A stretch of DNA of 64,000 bases from Marinicella sp. (GTDB taxonomy: Bacteria > Pseudomonadota > Gammaproteobacteria > Xanthomonadales > Marinicellaceae). Position numbers and translations under genes: made by a program. The stretch spans positions 1,120,001 through 1,184,000 of the forward strand of contig OZ246001.1 in the NCBI GenBank assembly GCA_965230295.1, read 5' to 3'. Below are positions 29,339 to 39,949 of this stretch, piece by piece; positions within the stretch are counted from its first letter, which is position 1, and every line of letters starts with the position of its first letter. Under the pieces are notes generated by a model that had not been told where the DNA came from, ran no database searches, and worked only from the letters and a program-made list of their open reading frames with translations.

Positions 29339-30711
29339 AAATCATTATCCTCGGTGCAGGACAAGTGGGGGCATCAATCGCTGAACACTTGTCACATGAA
29401 AACAATGATGTGACGGTGGTAGATACCGATTCAGAACGTTTGAGTGACATGCAAAACAAGTTCGACATCAGAACGGTTCATGGCTATGCTTCTCACCCAT
29501 CGGTATTGATCAGGGCCGGTGCCAACGATGCTGACATGGTCGTGGCACTGACCAATTCCGACGAGGTCAACATGGTTGCTTGTCAGGTTTGTTACAGCAT
29601 CTTTAACACCCCAACGAAGATCGCTCGCATCCGTGAAGCCGAATATGCGTCACACCCTGAAATGTTTGAGCATGAGCATGTACCCATCGATTTTCACATC
29701 TCACCAGAACAGTTGGTCACCCGTCATATTCAAGGCTTGATTGAATATGCAGGCGCCCTTCAAGTGATGGATTTTGCCCAAGGGCTGGCCCAGTTGGTCA
29801 CCATAAAAGTCAGAAAAGATGGACCATTGGTTGATCAACAACTGCGAGAGTTTGATCACCTGTTACCTGAAGGGGTTGATGCCCGAGTGGCAGCGATTTT
29901 CAGAGACAACAAGTCAGTTTTCCCGGACGGTGATGCGGTACTCAAGACCGGTGACGTGGTGTTTTTATTGGCAGCTCGCAAACACATCAACAAAATCATG
30001 GAAGCCTGGCACAAAAGTGATAAAAGCAGTTATAAAATCATTTTGGCCGGTGGCGGTAACATTGGCTTTAATTTGGCAAAAGCACTGGAACGCCAACACT
30101 CAGTCAAAATCATTGAGTACAACAAGACCCGGTCCAGGTTCATTGCTGAAGAGTTAACCAAAGCATTGGTGATTCGAGGTGACTGTACGTCAGAAGAATT
30201 GTTGAATGAAGAAAACATCAACCATACCGACATTTTCTGCGCCCTGACCAATGACGATCAAGCCAACTTGTTATCTGCATTGATGGCCAAAAAAATGGGT
30301 GCTAAAAAAGTATTGACCCTGATCAACAAACAAAATTACGCCCAATTGATCGAAAAAGACACCATTGACATCGCCATCTCACCTCAACACATCACCATGG
30401 GTGGTATTTTGGCTCATGTTCGCGGTGACTACACCGCCAGGGTACATACCTTACGCTCAGGAGAGGCTGAAGCCATCGAAGTTGAAGTCACAGGTGACAG
30501 CACCTCTTCAAAAGTGGTCGGCAAAATGATTCAGGACATCAACCTGCCTCCCGGTTGTAACATTGGTGGCATCATCCGCCAGGAGAAAGTGATGATGGCA
30601 CACCGCAATGTGGTCATTGAAAGCAAAGACCACTTGATCATGTTTGTGACTGACAAACGCAACATCAACGATCTGAAGCGTTTGTTTGAAGTGGACGCCT
30701 CGTTCCTGTGA
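29335..30711 (+). CDS. trkA: Trk K+ uptake NAD-binding subunit
   Basis: MKIIILGAGQVG, second RCK domain GGGNIG, AEAIE. Confidence 0.96.
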   Translation: MKIIILGAGQVGASIAEHLSHENNDVTVVDTDSERLSDMQNKFDIRTVHGYASHPSVLIRAGANDADMVVALTNSDEVNMVACQVCYSIFNTPTKIARIREAEYASHPEMFEHEHVPIDFHISPEQLVTRHIQGLIEYAGALQVMDFAQGLAQLVTIKVRKDGPLVDQQLREFDHLLPEGVDARVAAIFRDNKSVFPDGDAVLKTGDVVFLLAARKHINKIMEAWHKSDKSSYKIILAGGGNIGFNLAKALERQHSVKIIEYNKTRSRFIAEELTKALVIRGDCTSEELLNEENINHTDIFCALTNDDQANLLSALMAKKMGAKKVLTLINKQNYAQLIEKDTIDIAISPQHITMGGILAHVRGDYTARVHTLRSGEAEAIEVEVTGDSTSSKVVGKMIQDINLPPGCNIGGIIRQEKVMMAHRNVVIESKDHLIMFVTDKRNINDLKRLFEVDASFL

Positions 30712-30729
30712 TGTCATGAATACACTGTT

Positions 30730-32181
30730 ATGAATCCTCGCCTGATCGCAAAAATTATTGGTTTGTTGTTACTGGTGTCCAGTTTCATGATGCTGCCACC
30801 TGCATTGGTGGGTTTCATCTATCAGGATGGTGACATCTTGCCGTTTATTGAAGGCTTTGCCACATTGGCATTGATAGGCGCCATCCCATTCTTCATGTAC
30901 CGGAAGATTGACGCTGAATTGAAAATTCGCAGCGGATTTTTGGTGGTTGGGGCTTCCTGGTTGATTGTTGGATTGGCCGGCGCTTTACCACTGTTTCTGT
31001 CAAACCACATGAACTTGTCGGTGACTGATGCCATTTTTGAATCCATATCAGGTTTGACCACCACCGGGGCCACGATTTTAACCAACATCGATGAATTGCC
31101 ACACTCCATAAAATACTATCGCCAGCAATTACAATGGTTCGGTGGAATGGGCATCATTGTATTGGCAGTGGCTGTTCTGCCCATGCTGCGCATTGGTGGT
31201 ATGCAGATCTTTCGGGCCGAAACACCCGGCCCCATGAAAGACCAAAAACTCACCCCGCGCATCACCGAAACGGCCAAAGCATTGTGGTACATTTACCTCG
31301 GTATCACAGTCATGTGTACCATGAGTTATTACATGGCAGGGATGAACATGTTTGATGCCATTTGCCATGCATTTTCCACGATTTCAATCGGCGGCTTCTC
31401 AACCTACAATGATTCCATGGGTCATTTCAGCAATTCTTTGATTGAAGTGATCGCAGTGATTTTCATGGTCATTGCAGGCATCAACTTTGCCTCCCATTTC
31501 CTGGCTTGGAAATCAGCTTCAATCCGAACTTACTTGATCGATACTGAAGTGCGTGTGTTTCTTGGCTTTCTGGCGGTGGCCTCTGCCATCACCTCTTTTC
31601 AATTGTATGTTTCAGGAACCTCGGATTCATTGTATGAGTCCATCCGTCAAGGTACTTTCCAGGCAGTGTCAGTCGGTACCACTACGGGCTTCACCACTGA
31701 ATCATTTCATTTGTGGCCAGGTGCTCTGCCATTGTTACTGATTCTGTTCAGCACCATAGGTGGTTGCGCTGGTTCCACCGCTGGTGGTTTCAAGGTCATC
31801 CGCATGATTTTACTGTTTAAAATGAGCATGCGCGAGTTACATCGCTTGATTCACCCTCATGGCAAGTACCTGGTTAAAATCAATGGTAAAACAGTCAATT
31901 ACCGGGTGTTGGATTCAGTCTCGGCATTCTTTGTTCAGTTCTTGTTCTTGTGGTGTGTATTCACCTTATTGCTGGCTGGTTTTGGTGAAAACATCACTAC
32001 GGCCTTTTCAACCACACTGGCCTGCCTGACCAACCTGGGCCCTGCTTTGGGTGATGCCGGCGCCAATTATGCCAACATCTCTGACGGTGGTAAATCCATA
32101 TTAACTGTAGCCATGATATTTGGTCGTTTGGAGCTCTTCACCTTGTTTATCTTGTTGATACCTGCGTATTGGGAATATTGA
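30730..32181 (+). CDS. trkH: Trk K+ uptake membrane subunit
   Basis: FESISGLTTTGAT, QWFGGMGIIV, STISIGGF, GGCAGSTAGGFK, GRLE. Confidence 0.96.
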   Translation: MNPRLIAKIIGLLLLVSSFMMLPPALVGFIYQDGDILPFIEGFATLALIGAIPFFMYRKIDAELKIRSGFLVVGASWLIVGLAGALPLFLSNHMNLSVTDAIFESISGLTTTGATILTNIDELPHSIKYYRQQLQWFGGMGIIVLAVAVLPMLRIGGMQIFRAETPGPMKDQKLTPRITETAKALWYIYLGITVMCTMSYYMAGMNMFDAICHAFSTISIGGFSTYNDSMGHFSNSLIEVIAVIFMVIAGINFASHFLAWKSASIRTYLIDTEVRVFLGFLAVASAITSFQLYVSGTSDSLYESIRQGTFQAVSVGTTTGFTTESFHLWPGALPLLLILFSTIGGCAGSTAGGFKVIRMILLFKMSMRELHRLIHPHGKYLVKINGKTVNYRVLDSVSAFFVQFLFLWCVFTLLLAGFGENITTAFSTTLACLTNLGPALGDAGANYANISDGGKSILTVAMIFGRLELFTLFILLIPAYWEY

Positions 32182-32183
32182 TT

Positions 32184-32834
32184 CTAGATTCCAGCTGAAC
32201 GGGCAAACACCACAGCAATCACTTCTTCAACACCAGCCCTTTTTAAACAGCTGGCCACTGAACGCATGGTTTGACCCGTGGTCATCACATCATCCAACAC
32301 CATCACCACAGGTGCGTCAATCGGTTGATTAACTTTAAAAGCCGCCCTGACATTGGCGCTGCGTTGCTTTTCATGCAACTCAGCTTGCATGGCTGTGTGT
32401 TTGGTTCTGATCAAATGACGGTCTAAAATTCGTCGGCCTTGGTTTGCGGCCATGATTTTTGCCACTTCATAGGCTTGGTTGTATCCACGCGAGAGCAATC
32501 GCTTTTTGTGTAGCGGAACAGGTAAGATGGGTACCGAAGGCTCGATCCCATTCAAGTGATTGCACAAAGCTTCTGCCATGATTCTGGCACGATCCAACCG
32601 ACCACCAAATTTAAGTTGCTGGACCCAGACACTGACAGGTGGTTGGTATATGGCAGCACAAATGGTTTGACTGAAAGCCGGTTCATCATTGCGACATTCT
32701 CCGCAAACATGGTCCGTTTGAAGGAGTGGTTTGGCACAAATTTGGCAGGGGTTCTCAGGGACTTGAACCAGTGTCTGACAACCTTCACACAAACTGTTTT
32801 TTGTATGTACTTGGCACAGGGCACACCGTTGCAT
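32184..32834 (-). CDS. comF: ComF family protein (double zinc ribbon + PRTase)
   Basis: CxxC motifs, PVPLH..RGYNQA, VLDDVMTTG. Confidence 0.9.
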   Translation of the reverse strand: MQRCALCQVHTKNSLCEGCQTLVQVPENPCQICAKPLLQTDHVCGECRNDEPAFSQTICAAIYQPPVSVWVQQLKFGGRLDRARIMAEALCNHLNGIEPSVPILPVPLHKKRLLSRGYNQAYEVAKIMAANQGRRILDRHLIRTKHTAMQAELHEKQRSANVRAAFKVNQPIDAPVVMVLDDVMTTGQTMRSVASCLKRAGVEEVIAVVFARSAGI

Positions 32835-32846
32835 TTTGTGTGATGC

Positions 32847-35800
32847 TTACTCGTTGGCCATCTGAGCTGCTTCAGCCAGATCCACACTCACCAACCGGGA
32901 TACCCCGGGCTCTCGCATGGTGACCCCCATCAACTGATGGGCAATTTCCATCGTCACTTTGTTGTGCGACACGAATAAGAACTGAACTTTCTCAGACATT
33001 TCCGCCACCATCTTGGAAAACCGACCCACATTGGCATCATCCAGAGGTGCATCTACTTCGTCCAACATACAAAATGGAGCTGGGTTCAAATTAAAGATGG
33101 CAAACACCAATGACACCGCTGTTAACGCTTTTTCACCGCCAGAGAGTAGTTGAATGCTGGACACACGTTTACCTGGTGGTCTGGCCATGATGGAAACGCC
33201 AGTGGTCAACAAATCATTACCGGTTAATTCTAAATAGGCATGGCCACCACCAAATAACCGTGGGAACAGTTGTTTGATGTTGGTGTTCACTGCTTCAAAG
33301 GTTTCCTTGAACAAGGTTCTGGTGTCCTTGTCGATGCGGGCGATGGCTTGCTCTAAAGTCTCTAGCGCCTGTTCCAGATCGTCATTTTGCTCATCCAGAT
33401 ACTGCTTGCGTTTAGACTCTTCTTCAAACTCCTCAATGGCAGCCAGGTTAACCGGCTCCAAACGAACAATGCTGCGATGCAAACGTTCAGTTTGATCTTC
33501 TTTGCGGTCAATCAAGTCAGGCAAGGTTTGTTCACTCAAATCACCCAAAGTGGCCAAAAGCTGTTCTGCATCATGCCCTTGATCAGTCAGTTGCTCAGCA
33601 AATCCATTGGCCCTTAACTCATTTGACTGGAAAGCCAATTTAGCGGATTCCAAAGCATTTCTGGCTTCATCAATTTGTTGTTGGTGCTGGTGCCTCAAAC
33701 GTTCCAACTCATCCAATTTTGATTGCGAACTGCTGACTTCCTGGCGCATGGCATCACGCTGTTTCTCTGTTTCCAGGCGTTGGCTGATCAAATCATTCAA
33801 AGCCTGTTTGTGTCCTTCGATGGGATCCAGGTCTACACTCAACTGTTGCAACAATTCATCTTTTCTGGCGACCAGTATCTGGACTGCTTCTTGCGTTCTC
33901 TCGATGTTGTTCTGTAGAGACTCAATTTTATTCATGGTCCCAGACAGGCCCATTTTGTGCTGATAAAACTGATTGGAAATGTCGTTAAGCTGGGCTTTGG
34001 TTTGGTGGTATTGTTGCTGAAATGATTGTTGTTGGTCCATCAACTCAATTTTCTTCTGCTCAAATTTTGCCAGTTCATTCATGGCCGTTTCAAGAGCAGC
34101 ACGCGACGTCTTGATTTGAGTTTCATCGTCTGCCATTTGTGCCCTGATCTGCTCAGTCTCTACCGCTTTTTCCTGACTTTGTTGTTGTTCTCTGTCGATC
34201 AGCTGTTGTTTGTTCATGGTCAGGCCATTCAACTCAGACAACTTACGATGTGACATGTTGACATCTAACTGCAACTGTTCTACACCTGTATTCAAGGTCA
34301 ACCGCGCTGCTTTAGTCTCTTCCAGTTCTGTTTGTAAAGTCTCCAGCTTGGTTTCATCAACTTCGATATGTTGTTCCAGAGATTTAAGTTCTTTTTGGCG
34401 CAACAAAAATCCTTCAGTTTGTTCGCCTCGGTTGATGTGCACCCAGTTTTGTCCAAACCATTCACCACTTTGGGTCACCACGGATTCACCACCTGCCAAA
34501 TTTCTCGCCACATTTTTCGCTGCAGCCACATCTGCACAAACCTTGATTTGGTTGAACCACTCAATGACCGCATCCGGACCTTTGACACATTCTGCCAACG
34601 TACCGGCTTGGGCTTTGATGCCTCCTTGGTTGGCATGTACCGTGGTCATGCCACCGAAAGTCCAACCTTCTGTGACACTGTATAAGTCTTGGTTATTGGA
34701 TACCCAGGCTTGAAGGCGTTCTTGTAACACGGTTTCAACCGCTTGCTCCCAACCTGCTTCAACTTCTAACATTTCTGCCAGACGTTGTTGATTGAGTTGA
34801 CTGTTGTTACTGATCCACTTTTTCAACTCAGCTTTGTCTTTTGATTGGGCAGCTTGTTGTAACGCCAATAAGGAACCACGTCGGCCTTTGGCTTGATGCA
34901 GTTGTTGTTGAACCTGATCAATTTGGTGGCGCAATTGCTGACTGCGTTCGGCATTGATGTTGACCTGTTCTTTTTGCCCAGCCAATGATTGCTCGAAAGT
35001 TTCATGTTTGGTTTGCTGGGTTTCAACCTGTTTTTGCAAACCAAGCAACTCCTCCTGGAGCTTGTTAACCAATTCATTGTTATCACTGGGCTCAACAGAT
35101 TTCAACCGCTCTGCTTGACGCATCATGTGCGATTCAAGTGAGGTGATCCGGGTTTTTTCCACATCGACTGTGCGCATGTGGTCAGCAATACTGTGGTTAT
35201 TGTCATCCCACTGGCTGCGCCATTTTTCTTGCTGTTCTTCGCTGTGCTGATTCAGTTCCTGCGCTTGTTCTAACTGTAAAGCCAATTCTTCTTCTTTGGG
35301 CTTCCCTTGTTTATAGAGGTTTTGTTGTTCAGTCAGTTGCTGTTCATCACTGGTTAGCCGAGCTTGTGAATTTTTCAGGTTTTCTTCGGTGTTGGCCAGG
35401 TCTTTCTGATGACGTTCTGAGAGTGATTTTGAATGGGCAATGGCTTGTTCGATTTTACCGATTTCAGCATTGACCTTATACAATTGCTCCTGCAATTTGT
35501 TGTTCTCATCCGTCAAGGTTTGGTGTGCCACCCTATGCTGTTCAATGTTCTTTTCACCATCAGTCTGACCAGACTTGGCTTTTTCTACAGCGGTTTTTAG
35601 TTGTGTGACCTGACCTTTACCTTGCTCAGCCTGGCTGTGCCATTGCTGCCAACGCAGCGCCAACACTTCGGCTTTGATCAGTTTAAACTGGTCCTTCAAC
35701 TGGGTGTATTTTTCTGCATTCTTGGCTTGCCTTTGCAGGTGCTGGATGTGTTTACCCACCTCAGTTCGCAAATCATCCAAGCGTTCCAGGTTTTCTTTGG

Positions 35801-36359
35801 TGCGTTTGATGCGGCGCTCAGTTTCACGACGACGTTCACGGTATTTTGATACCCCGGCTGCTTCTTCAATATAGCCTCGAAGGTCTTCAGGTTTGGACTC
35901 CACAATGTTAGAAATCATGCCCTGTTCAATGATTGAGTAACTCCGGGGACCCAATCCGGTACCCAAAAACAAATCCACTATGTCTTTCTTGCGGCATTTA
36001 CTGCCATTCAAGAAGTACATCGACTGGGCATCTCGATTGACTTGACGTTTGACAGAAATTTCATTGTAGCTGGCATATTCACCTTTGAGCAATCCGTCGG
36101 AATTGTCGAATATCAATTCAACCGTAGCTAAGCTCACTGGCTTTCGGGTAGATGAACCGGAAAAAATCACATCAGTCATGGAAGCACCACGCAGCATTTT
36201 CGCTGACGTTTCACCCATCACCCAACGCACCGCATCGATGATGTTTGATTTACCACAGCCGTTGGGTCCAACCACACCGATCAGATTACTGGGCATCAGC
36301 ACTTCAGTTGGATCCACAAATGACTTGAATCCAGCAATTTTTATCTTCGATAACTTCAT
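32847..36359 (-). CDS. smc: Chromosome segregation protein SMC
   Basis: GFKSF, GPNGCGKSN, long coiled coils with hinge, LSGGEK, LDEVDAPLD. Confidence 0.97.
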   Translation of the reverse strand: MKLSKIKIAGFKSFVDPTEVLMPSNLIGVVGPNGCGKSNIIDAVRWVMGETSAKMLRGASMTDVIFSGSSTRKPVSLATVELIFDNSDGLLKGEYASYNEISVKRQVNRDAQSMYFLNGSKCRKKDIVDLFLGTGLGPRSYSIIEQGMISNIVESKPEDLRGYIEEAAGVSKYRERRRETERRIKRTKENLERLDDLRTEVGKHIQHLQRQAKNAEKYTQLKDQFKLIKAEVLALRWQQWHSQAEQGKGQVTQLKTAVEKAKSGQTDGEKNIEQHRVAHQTLTDENNKLQEQLYKVNAEIGKIEQAIAHSKSLSERHQKDLANTEENLKNSQARLTSDEQQLTEQQNLYKQGKPKEEELALQLEQAQELNQHSEEQQEKWRSQWDDNNHSIADHMRTVDVEKTRITSLESHMMRQAERLKSVEPSDNNELVNKLQEELLGLQKQVETQQTKHETFEQSLAGQKEQVNINAERSQQLRHQIDQVQQQLHQAKGRRGSLLALQQAAQSKDKAELKKWISNNSQLNQQRLAEMLEVEAGWEQAVETVLQERLQAWVSNNQDLYSVTEGWTFGGMTTVHANQGGIKAQAGTLAECVKGPDAVIEWFNQIKVCADVAAAKNVARNLAGGESVVTQSGEWFGQNWVHINRGEQTEGFLLRQKELKSLEQHIEVDETKLETLQTELEETKAARLTLNTGVEQLQLDVNMSHRKLSELNGLTMNKQQLIDREQQQSQEKAVETEQIRAQMADDETQIKTSRAALETAMNELAKFEQKKIELMDQQQSFQQQYHQTKAQLNDISNQFYQHKMGLSGTMNKIESLQNNIERTQEAVQILVARKDELLQQLSVDLDPIEGHKQALNDLISQRLETEKQRDAMRQEVSSSQSKLDELERLRHQHQQQIDEARNALESAKLAFQSNELRANGFAEQLTDQGHDAEQLLATLGDLSEQTLPDLIDRKEDQTERLHRSIVRLEPVNLAAIEEFEEESKRKQYLDEQNDDLEQALETLEQAIARIDKDTRTLFKETFEAVNTNIKQLFPRLFGGGHAYLELTGNDLLTTGVSIMARPPGKRVSSIQLLSGGEKALTAVSLVFAIFNLNPAPFCMLDEVDAPLDDANVGRFSKMVAEMSEKVQFLFVSHNKVTMEIAHQLMGVTMREPGVSRLVSVDLAEAAQMANE

Positions 36360-36434
36360 CTATAGTGTATTTTGCTTGATAAATATCCCTTTTTTGGGTA
36401 TTGTTCCGCCCCAGATAATTACAGAGAATATAAC

Positions 36435-36788
36435 ATGTCTACTCACCCTACAAAAGAGCTCGAAACATTTGTTAACCCCAATCAGGAACGGGATTATACC
36501 ATCATTATCGACATTCCTGAATTCACTTGTTTGTGCCCAAAAACAGGACAACCAGATTTTGCCACCATCAAGCTGGAATACCAACCTGATGAAAAGTGTG
36601 TAGAGCTGAAAGCATTGAAACTTTATATGTGGACTTTCCGCGAACGCGGCGCCTTCCATGAAGCCGTCACCAATGAAATTTTGGATGATTTGGTGGCTGC
36701 TGTTGATCCCAAATGGATGAAAATCACCATGAAGTTTAATGTCCGTGGTGGCATCTATACCGATGTGGTGATTGAGCACAAGAAGTAA
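36435..36788 (+). CDS. queF: PreQ0 reductase, short unimodular type
   Basis: [35 protein letters not shown]; start placed at ATG 36435. Confidence 0.93.
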   Translation: MSTHPTKELETFVNPNQERDYTIIIDIPEFTCLCPKTGQPDFATIKLEYQPDEKCVELKALKLYMWTFRERGAFHEAVTNEILDDLVAAVDPKWMKITMKFNVRGGIYTDVVIEHKK

Positions 36789-36806
36789 TTGCAGATTCAG
36801 AATCAC

Positions 36807-36837
36807 AAAAAAAAGGCTCCTGATGGAGCCTTTTTTT
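36807..36837. terminator. Bidirectional intrinsic terminator between queF and bfd
   Basis: A8-GGCTCC-TGAT-GGAGCC-T7. Confidence 0.9.
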
Positions 36838-36858
36838 GAGCAATTCAAAATTCAATTC

Positions 36859-37083
36859 TTATGCTGGAACTTGACAATCAACCGATGGTTGTAAAATTTT
36901 CAAAAAATCAGGGGTTACTTTTTGATTTTGGGCTTGTAACACCTCTAATGCTGAATCAGCACAGGTACCACAACCCGTGGCACAACCCGTCATTTGCTTG
37001 ATGTCTTGCATACTACTGGCGCCTGCTTTGGCGGCTTTTTGAATGTCTTTTTCAGTCACACCGTGACAAATACAAACGTACAT
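36859..37083 (-). CDS. bfd: Bacterioferritin-associated [2Fe-2S] ferredoxin
   Basis: MYVCICHGVTE..CATGCGTC. Confidence 0.9.
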   Translation of the reverse strand: MYVCICHGVTEKDIQKAAKAGASSMQDIKQMTGCATGCGTCADSALEVLQAQNQKVTPDFLKILQPSVDCQVPA

Positions 37084-37110
37084 AATAGATTTTTCTCATT
37101 GCTTGGCTCA

Positions 37111-37140
37111 ATTATAATTGCTAATGAGAATGATTGTCAA
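37111..37140 (-). promoter_or_regulatory. Sigma70 promoter with overlapping Fur box upstream of bfd
   Basis: Minus strand TTGACA-18bp-TATAAT; GCTAATGAGAATGATTGTC (37120-37138) matches the Fur consensus at 15/19. Confidence 0.8.
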
Positions 37141-37201
37141 TACCGTTATTGTTGTTATTCTAAAAAATCCTGCCATTCCCAAAATTCATCAAGGAACTGT
37201 C

Positions 37202-39949
37202 CTACTGTGTTTTCAACTGTGAAATTTCCTCGGCCAAGGCAATCTCTGACTGGTATCGGTTTTTCAATTCCGGTACATCCAAAATGTCCAACACATCAGC
37301 AGCTTGTTGAGTAGCCACCAATGAATTTCCTGTTGCGGCATTCAACTGTGCCCAGCGCAGTTTAGCCACTGCAGTACGCTTTGAGCCCAGCCCATAGGTA
37401 TCAACCATCAACTGATGTGCTTTTGCAATGATTGACTCAGCTTCATCATATTCACCCACTTCGATCAACAAAGGTACATACATGATTTGGAATCGAGCAA
37501 ACATAGGATGGTTTACACCCATTTCATGCTTTATACCATCCAGGGCCATTTCAAAGAACCTTTTGGATGCTTCATATTTTTTCAATGCCAACAATGATCG
37601 GGCCATTCCCACATCTGTAGATGCTTCATAAAACGGAATTCTTGGCTCCAAAGCAGGCCATAAACTTTGCGCCTTTTTAAAGTTCTCGATGGCTTTTTCA
37701 TGTTCGTTCAAAGCACGGTAAGACATGCCCATGTTCAAATAAGCTGCTGGCATTTGATGCCCTTTGATTTCTGTACCATATAGGTTGTCAATGATTTGTT
37801 GGTTGATCCTGATCCCTTCTCTCATGTCTCCCAATGAAGCCACTGATACAGCCAAACGACCTAAGTTGTCGATAGTCTCAGGATGGTTCTTACCAAATTT
37901 TTCACTGAAATAAGCAACCAACTCCCGATCAATTTCAATCGCTTTCAGTGCTTCCCCACTGTTGAAGAATGCATCGGATTCTATCCCTAAAATTTGAGGG
38001 TATAACAGGGGTTCATCAGTCACTTGTAGGGCATGTGATTTCGCCACAGCTATGTCATCCAATGCTTGCTTGAAATCAGGTTCAACCAAGGCCAGTTTGC
38101 CTTTCAAAGCATAGAGTGACGCCAGCAACGAATGGGCAGAAAACAACTTGGCTATGTCAGGTTCATATGAGCTTAAAGTGAGCATGATTTGTGCAGCCTC
38201 TGCTGTTTGATTCAAACGAATTAAGCTGTTCATAAGAGACATGGCTGCCCTCGCTGATTGTTCGTTAACATCATCTGTCAATGGTGCCAATTCCATCGCC
38301 TGCCTGAAATGATGAACAGCCCCTTCCAAATTATCCTGTGCTTCCATGTTATTACCCGCATGGATGTGAGCAGCTGCTAATCTATGTGTCTCTTTGGGTT
38401 GTTGATTCAATAATTTTATTTGTTCATTGGTGAGTTGTTCGGCAGACTTCACTTGACCTAAACGATACTGGATTTGGCTTAACAGCCCCAATGTTTCGGT
38501 TTTTAATAACACATCACCCTTTTCTGCCAAAATCTTCTCAGCTGCCAACCCAGTTAATTCATTGACACTGATGGGTTGTTGCTGATTCTTAACCGGATCT
38601 GCCGCTGTGAAAATACTGAGTAAAAATTGATTCGACCAATTGGCTTTTTCGGCCTCTTGCTCAGCAATGGCCGCTTGGTTAAAAGCAAACACCGCAGAGG
38701 CAACTATGCCAAACACAGCTGCAGATGAAATGGTGATTGGTATTTTATTTTTTTGCCATGTTTTACTGAATCTGTACCAAAAATGATTGGCGTGATTGGG
38801 AACCGCCGAACCTGCTAAGAACAGCTGTAAATCATTATTCAATTCAGTGGTATTTTTATACCGGGCACTGACATCCACTTGTAAACCTTTATCGATGATG
38901 GTGCCCAACTCTTTTGACAAAGCCCTGTCTATAACTTTCGGATCCAGGCCATTCATCAGAGCTATGCCATGACCACTTTTGCATTGTGCTTTGAAACGCT
39001 GATAGACTTTTTCAATTGGATTGTTCAGTTGTTGGTGATAATCAACCAAAGTGGTTATTGATTCACTTTTCCTGGGCACAGATCCTGTACACAGCTCATA
39101 CAAAACAGCACACAATCCAAATACATCACTGGCTGTGCTGAGCAAATCACCTTTGGTTTGCTCCGGAGATGAATAGCCAGGAGTGAACTGCGGTAAATAA
39201 ATGTCAGCAGAACTGACATGTAAGGGGCGGGCTACACCAAAATCCACCAATTTAATCTGTCCCGCTTCATTGACCAAGATATTGGCAGGTTTGATGTCTC
39301 CATGAATAACCAAATTCTGGTGGGCATACCCAACTGCATTGATGGTTTGTTGCACAAGTTTGATGCGTTCATGCAATGACAATTTATGTTTTTCAGCATA
39401 GGTACAAATTGGGCTTCCAGCCACCAACTCCATAACAAAGTATGAAATGTCATCATCATTGGTTCCACCATCAATCAAACGAGCAATGTTGGGGTGCTCG
39501 AATTGAGCCAAAGTTCGCATTTCTTCTGTGAACTTTTGTTTGCTGAGTTCTGAAAACTGGCCAGACTTGATGATCTTTAACGCCACTTCCTTTTCATATT
39601 CACCATCAGCCCTGCGCGCGATAAACACTTGCCCCATGCCGCCACTTGCCAAGGGTTTGGTCACTTTCCATGCCCCGAATTTTCGACCAACTATGTCACT
39701 CGGATTGCTGTGATTCAGCACCTGTTCTCCCAACAGTGACTCCACCAATGGATCGATCGAAGTATTCAAAATGTTGGTGCCAGATTCGTTTGCCAACATT
39801 TTTTGTAAGACCAACCGAGCTTCATCTGACAAATCTGCCTCTGCCATCTGCGTTTCTTGTGCCTCCTGCGGTAAATCACACAAAACATCAAATAGATTCA
39901 GAACCTGGGTCCACACCACTGGAGATAATTTTTTTAACAACTCATTCAT
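37202..39949 (-). CDS. Membrane Ser/Thr kinase with C-terminal TPR array
   Basis: W..V..LFD N-terminal helix; LASGGMGQV, VALKII, HPNIARLIDGG, HGDIKPANI, DFG, FTPGYSSPEQ; TM; TPRs. Confidence 0.92.
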   Translation of the reverse strand: MNELLKKLSPVVWTQVLNLFDVLCDLPQEAQETQMAEADLSDEARLVLQKMLANESGTNILNTSIDPLVESLLGEQVLNHSNPSDIVGRKFGAWKVTKPLASGGMGQVFIARRADGEYEKEVALKIIKSGQFSELSKQKFTEEMRTLAQFEHPNIARLIDGGTNDDDISYFVMELVAGSPICTYAEKHKLSLHERIKLVQQTINAVGYAHQNLVIHGDIKPANILVNEAGQIKLVDFGVARPLHVSSADIYLPQFTPGYSSPEQTKGDLLSTASDVFGLCAVLYELCTGSVPRKSESITTLVDYHQQLNNPIEKVYQRFKAQCKSGHGIALMNGLDPKVIDRALSKELGTIIDKGLQVDVSARYKNTTELNNDLQLFLAGSAVPNHANHFWYRFSKTWQKNKIPITISSAAVFGIVASAVFAFNQAAIAEQEAEKANWSNQFLLSIFTAADPVKNQQQPISVNELTGLAAEKILAEKGDVLLKTETLGLLSQIQYRLGQVKSAEQLTNEQIKLLNQQPKETHRLAAAHIHAGNNMEAQDNLEGAVHHFRQAMELAPLTDDVNEQSARAAMSLMNSLIRLNQTAEAAQIMLTLSSYEPDIAKLFSAHSLLASLYALKGKLALVEPDFKQALDDIAVAKSHALQVTDEPLLYPQILGIESDAFFNSGEALKAIEIDRELVAYFSEKFGKNHPETIDNLGRLAVSVASLGDMREGIRINQQIIDNLYGTEIKGHQMPAAYLNMGMSYRALNEHEKAIENFKKAQSLWPALEPRIPFYEASTDVGMARSLLALKKYEASKRFFEMALDGIKHEMGVNHPMFARFQIMYVPLLIEVGEYDEAESIIAKAHQLMVDTYGLGSKRTAVAKLRWAQLNAATGNSLVATQQAADVLDILDVPELKNRYQSEIALAEEISQLKTQ

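Noticed and set aside
36435-36788. queF as part of a 7-deazaguanine DNA-modification defence island
   Set aside because: No dpd or other que genes nearby; its position beside smc fits a housekeeping role
36085-36848. ORFs 36085-36603 (+) and 36360-36848 (-)
   Set aside because: Shadow frames of smc and queF
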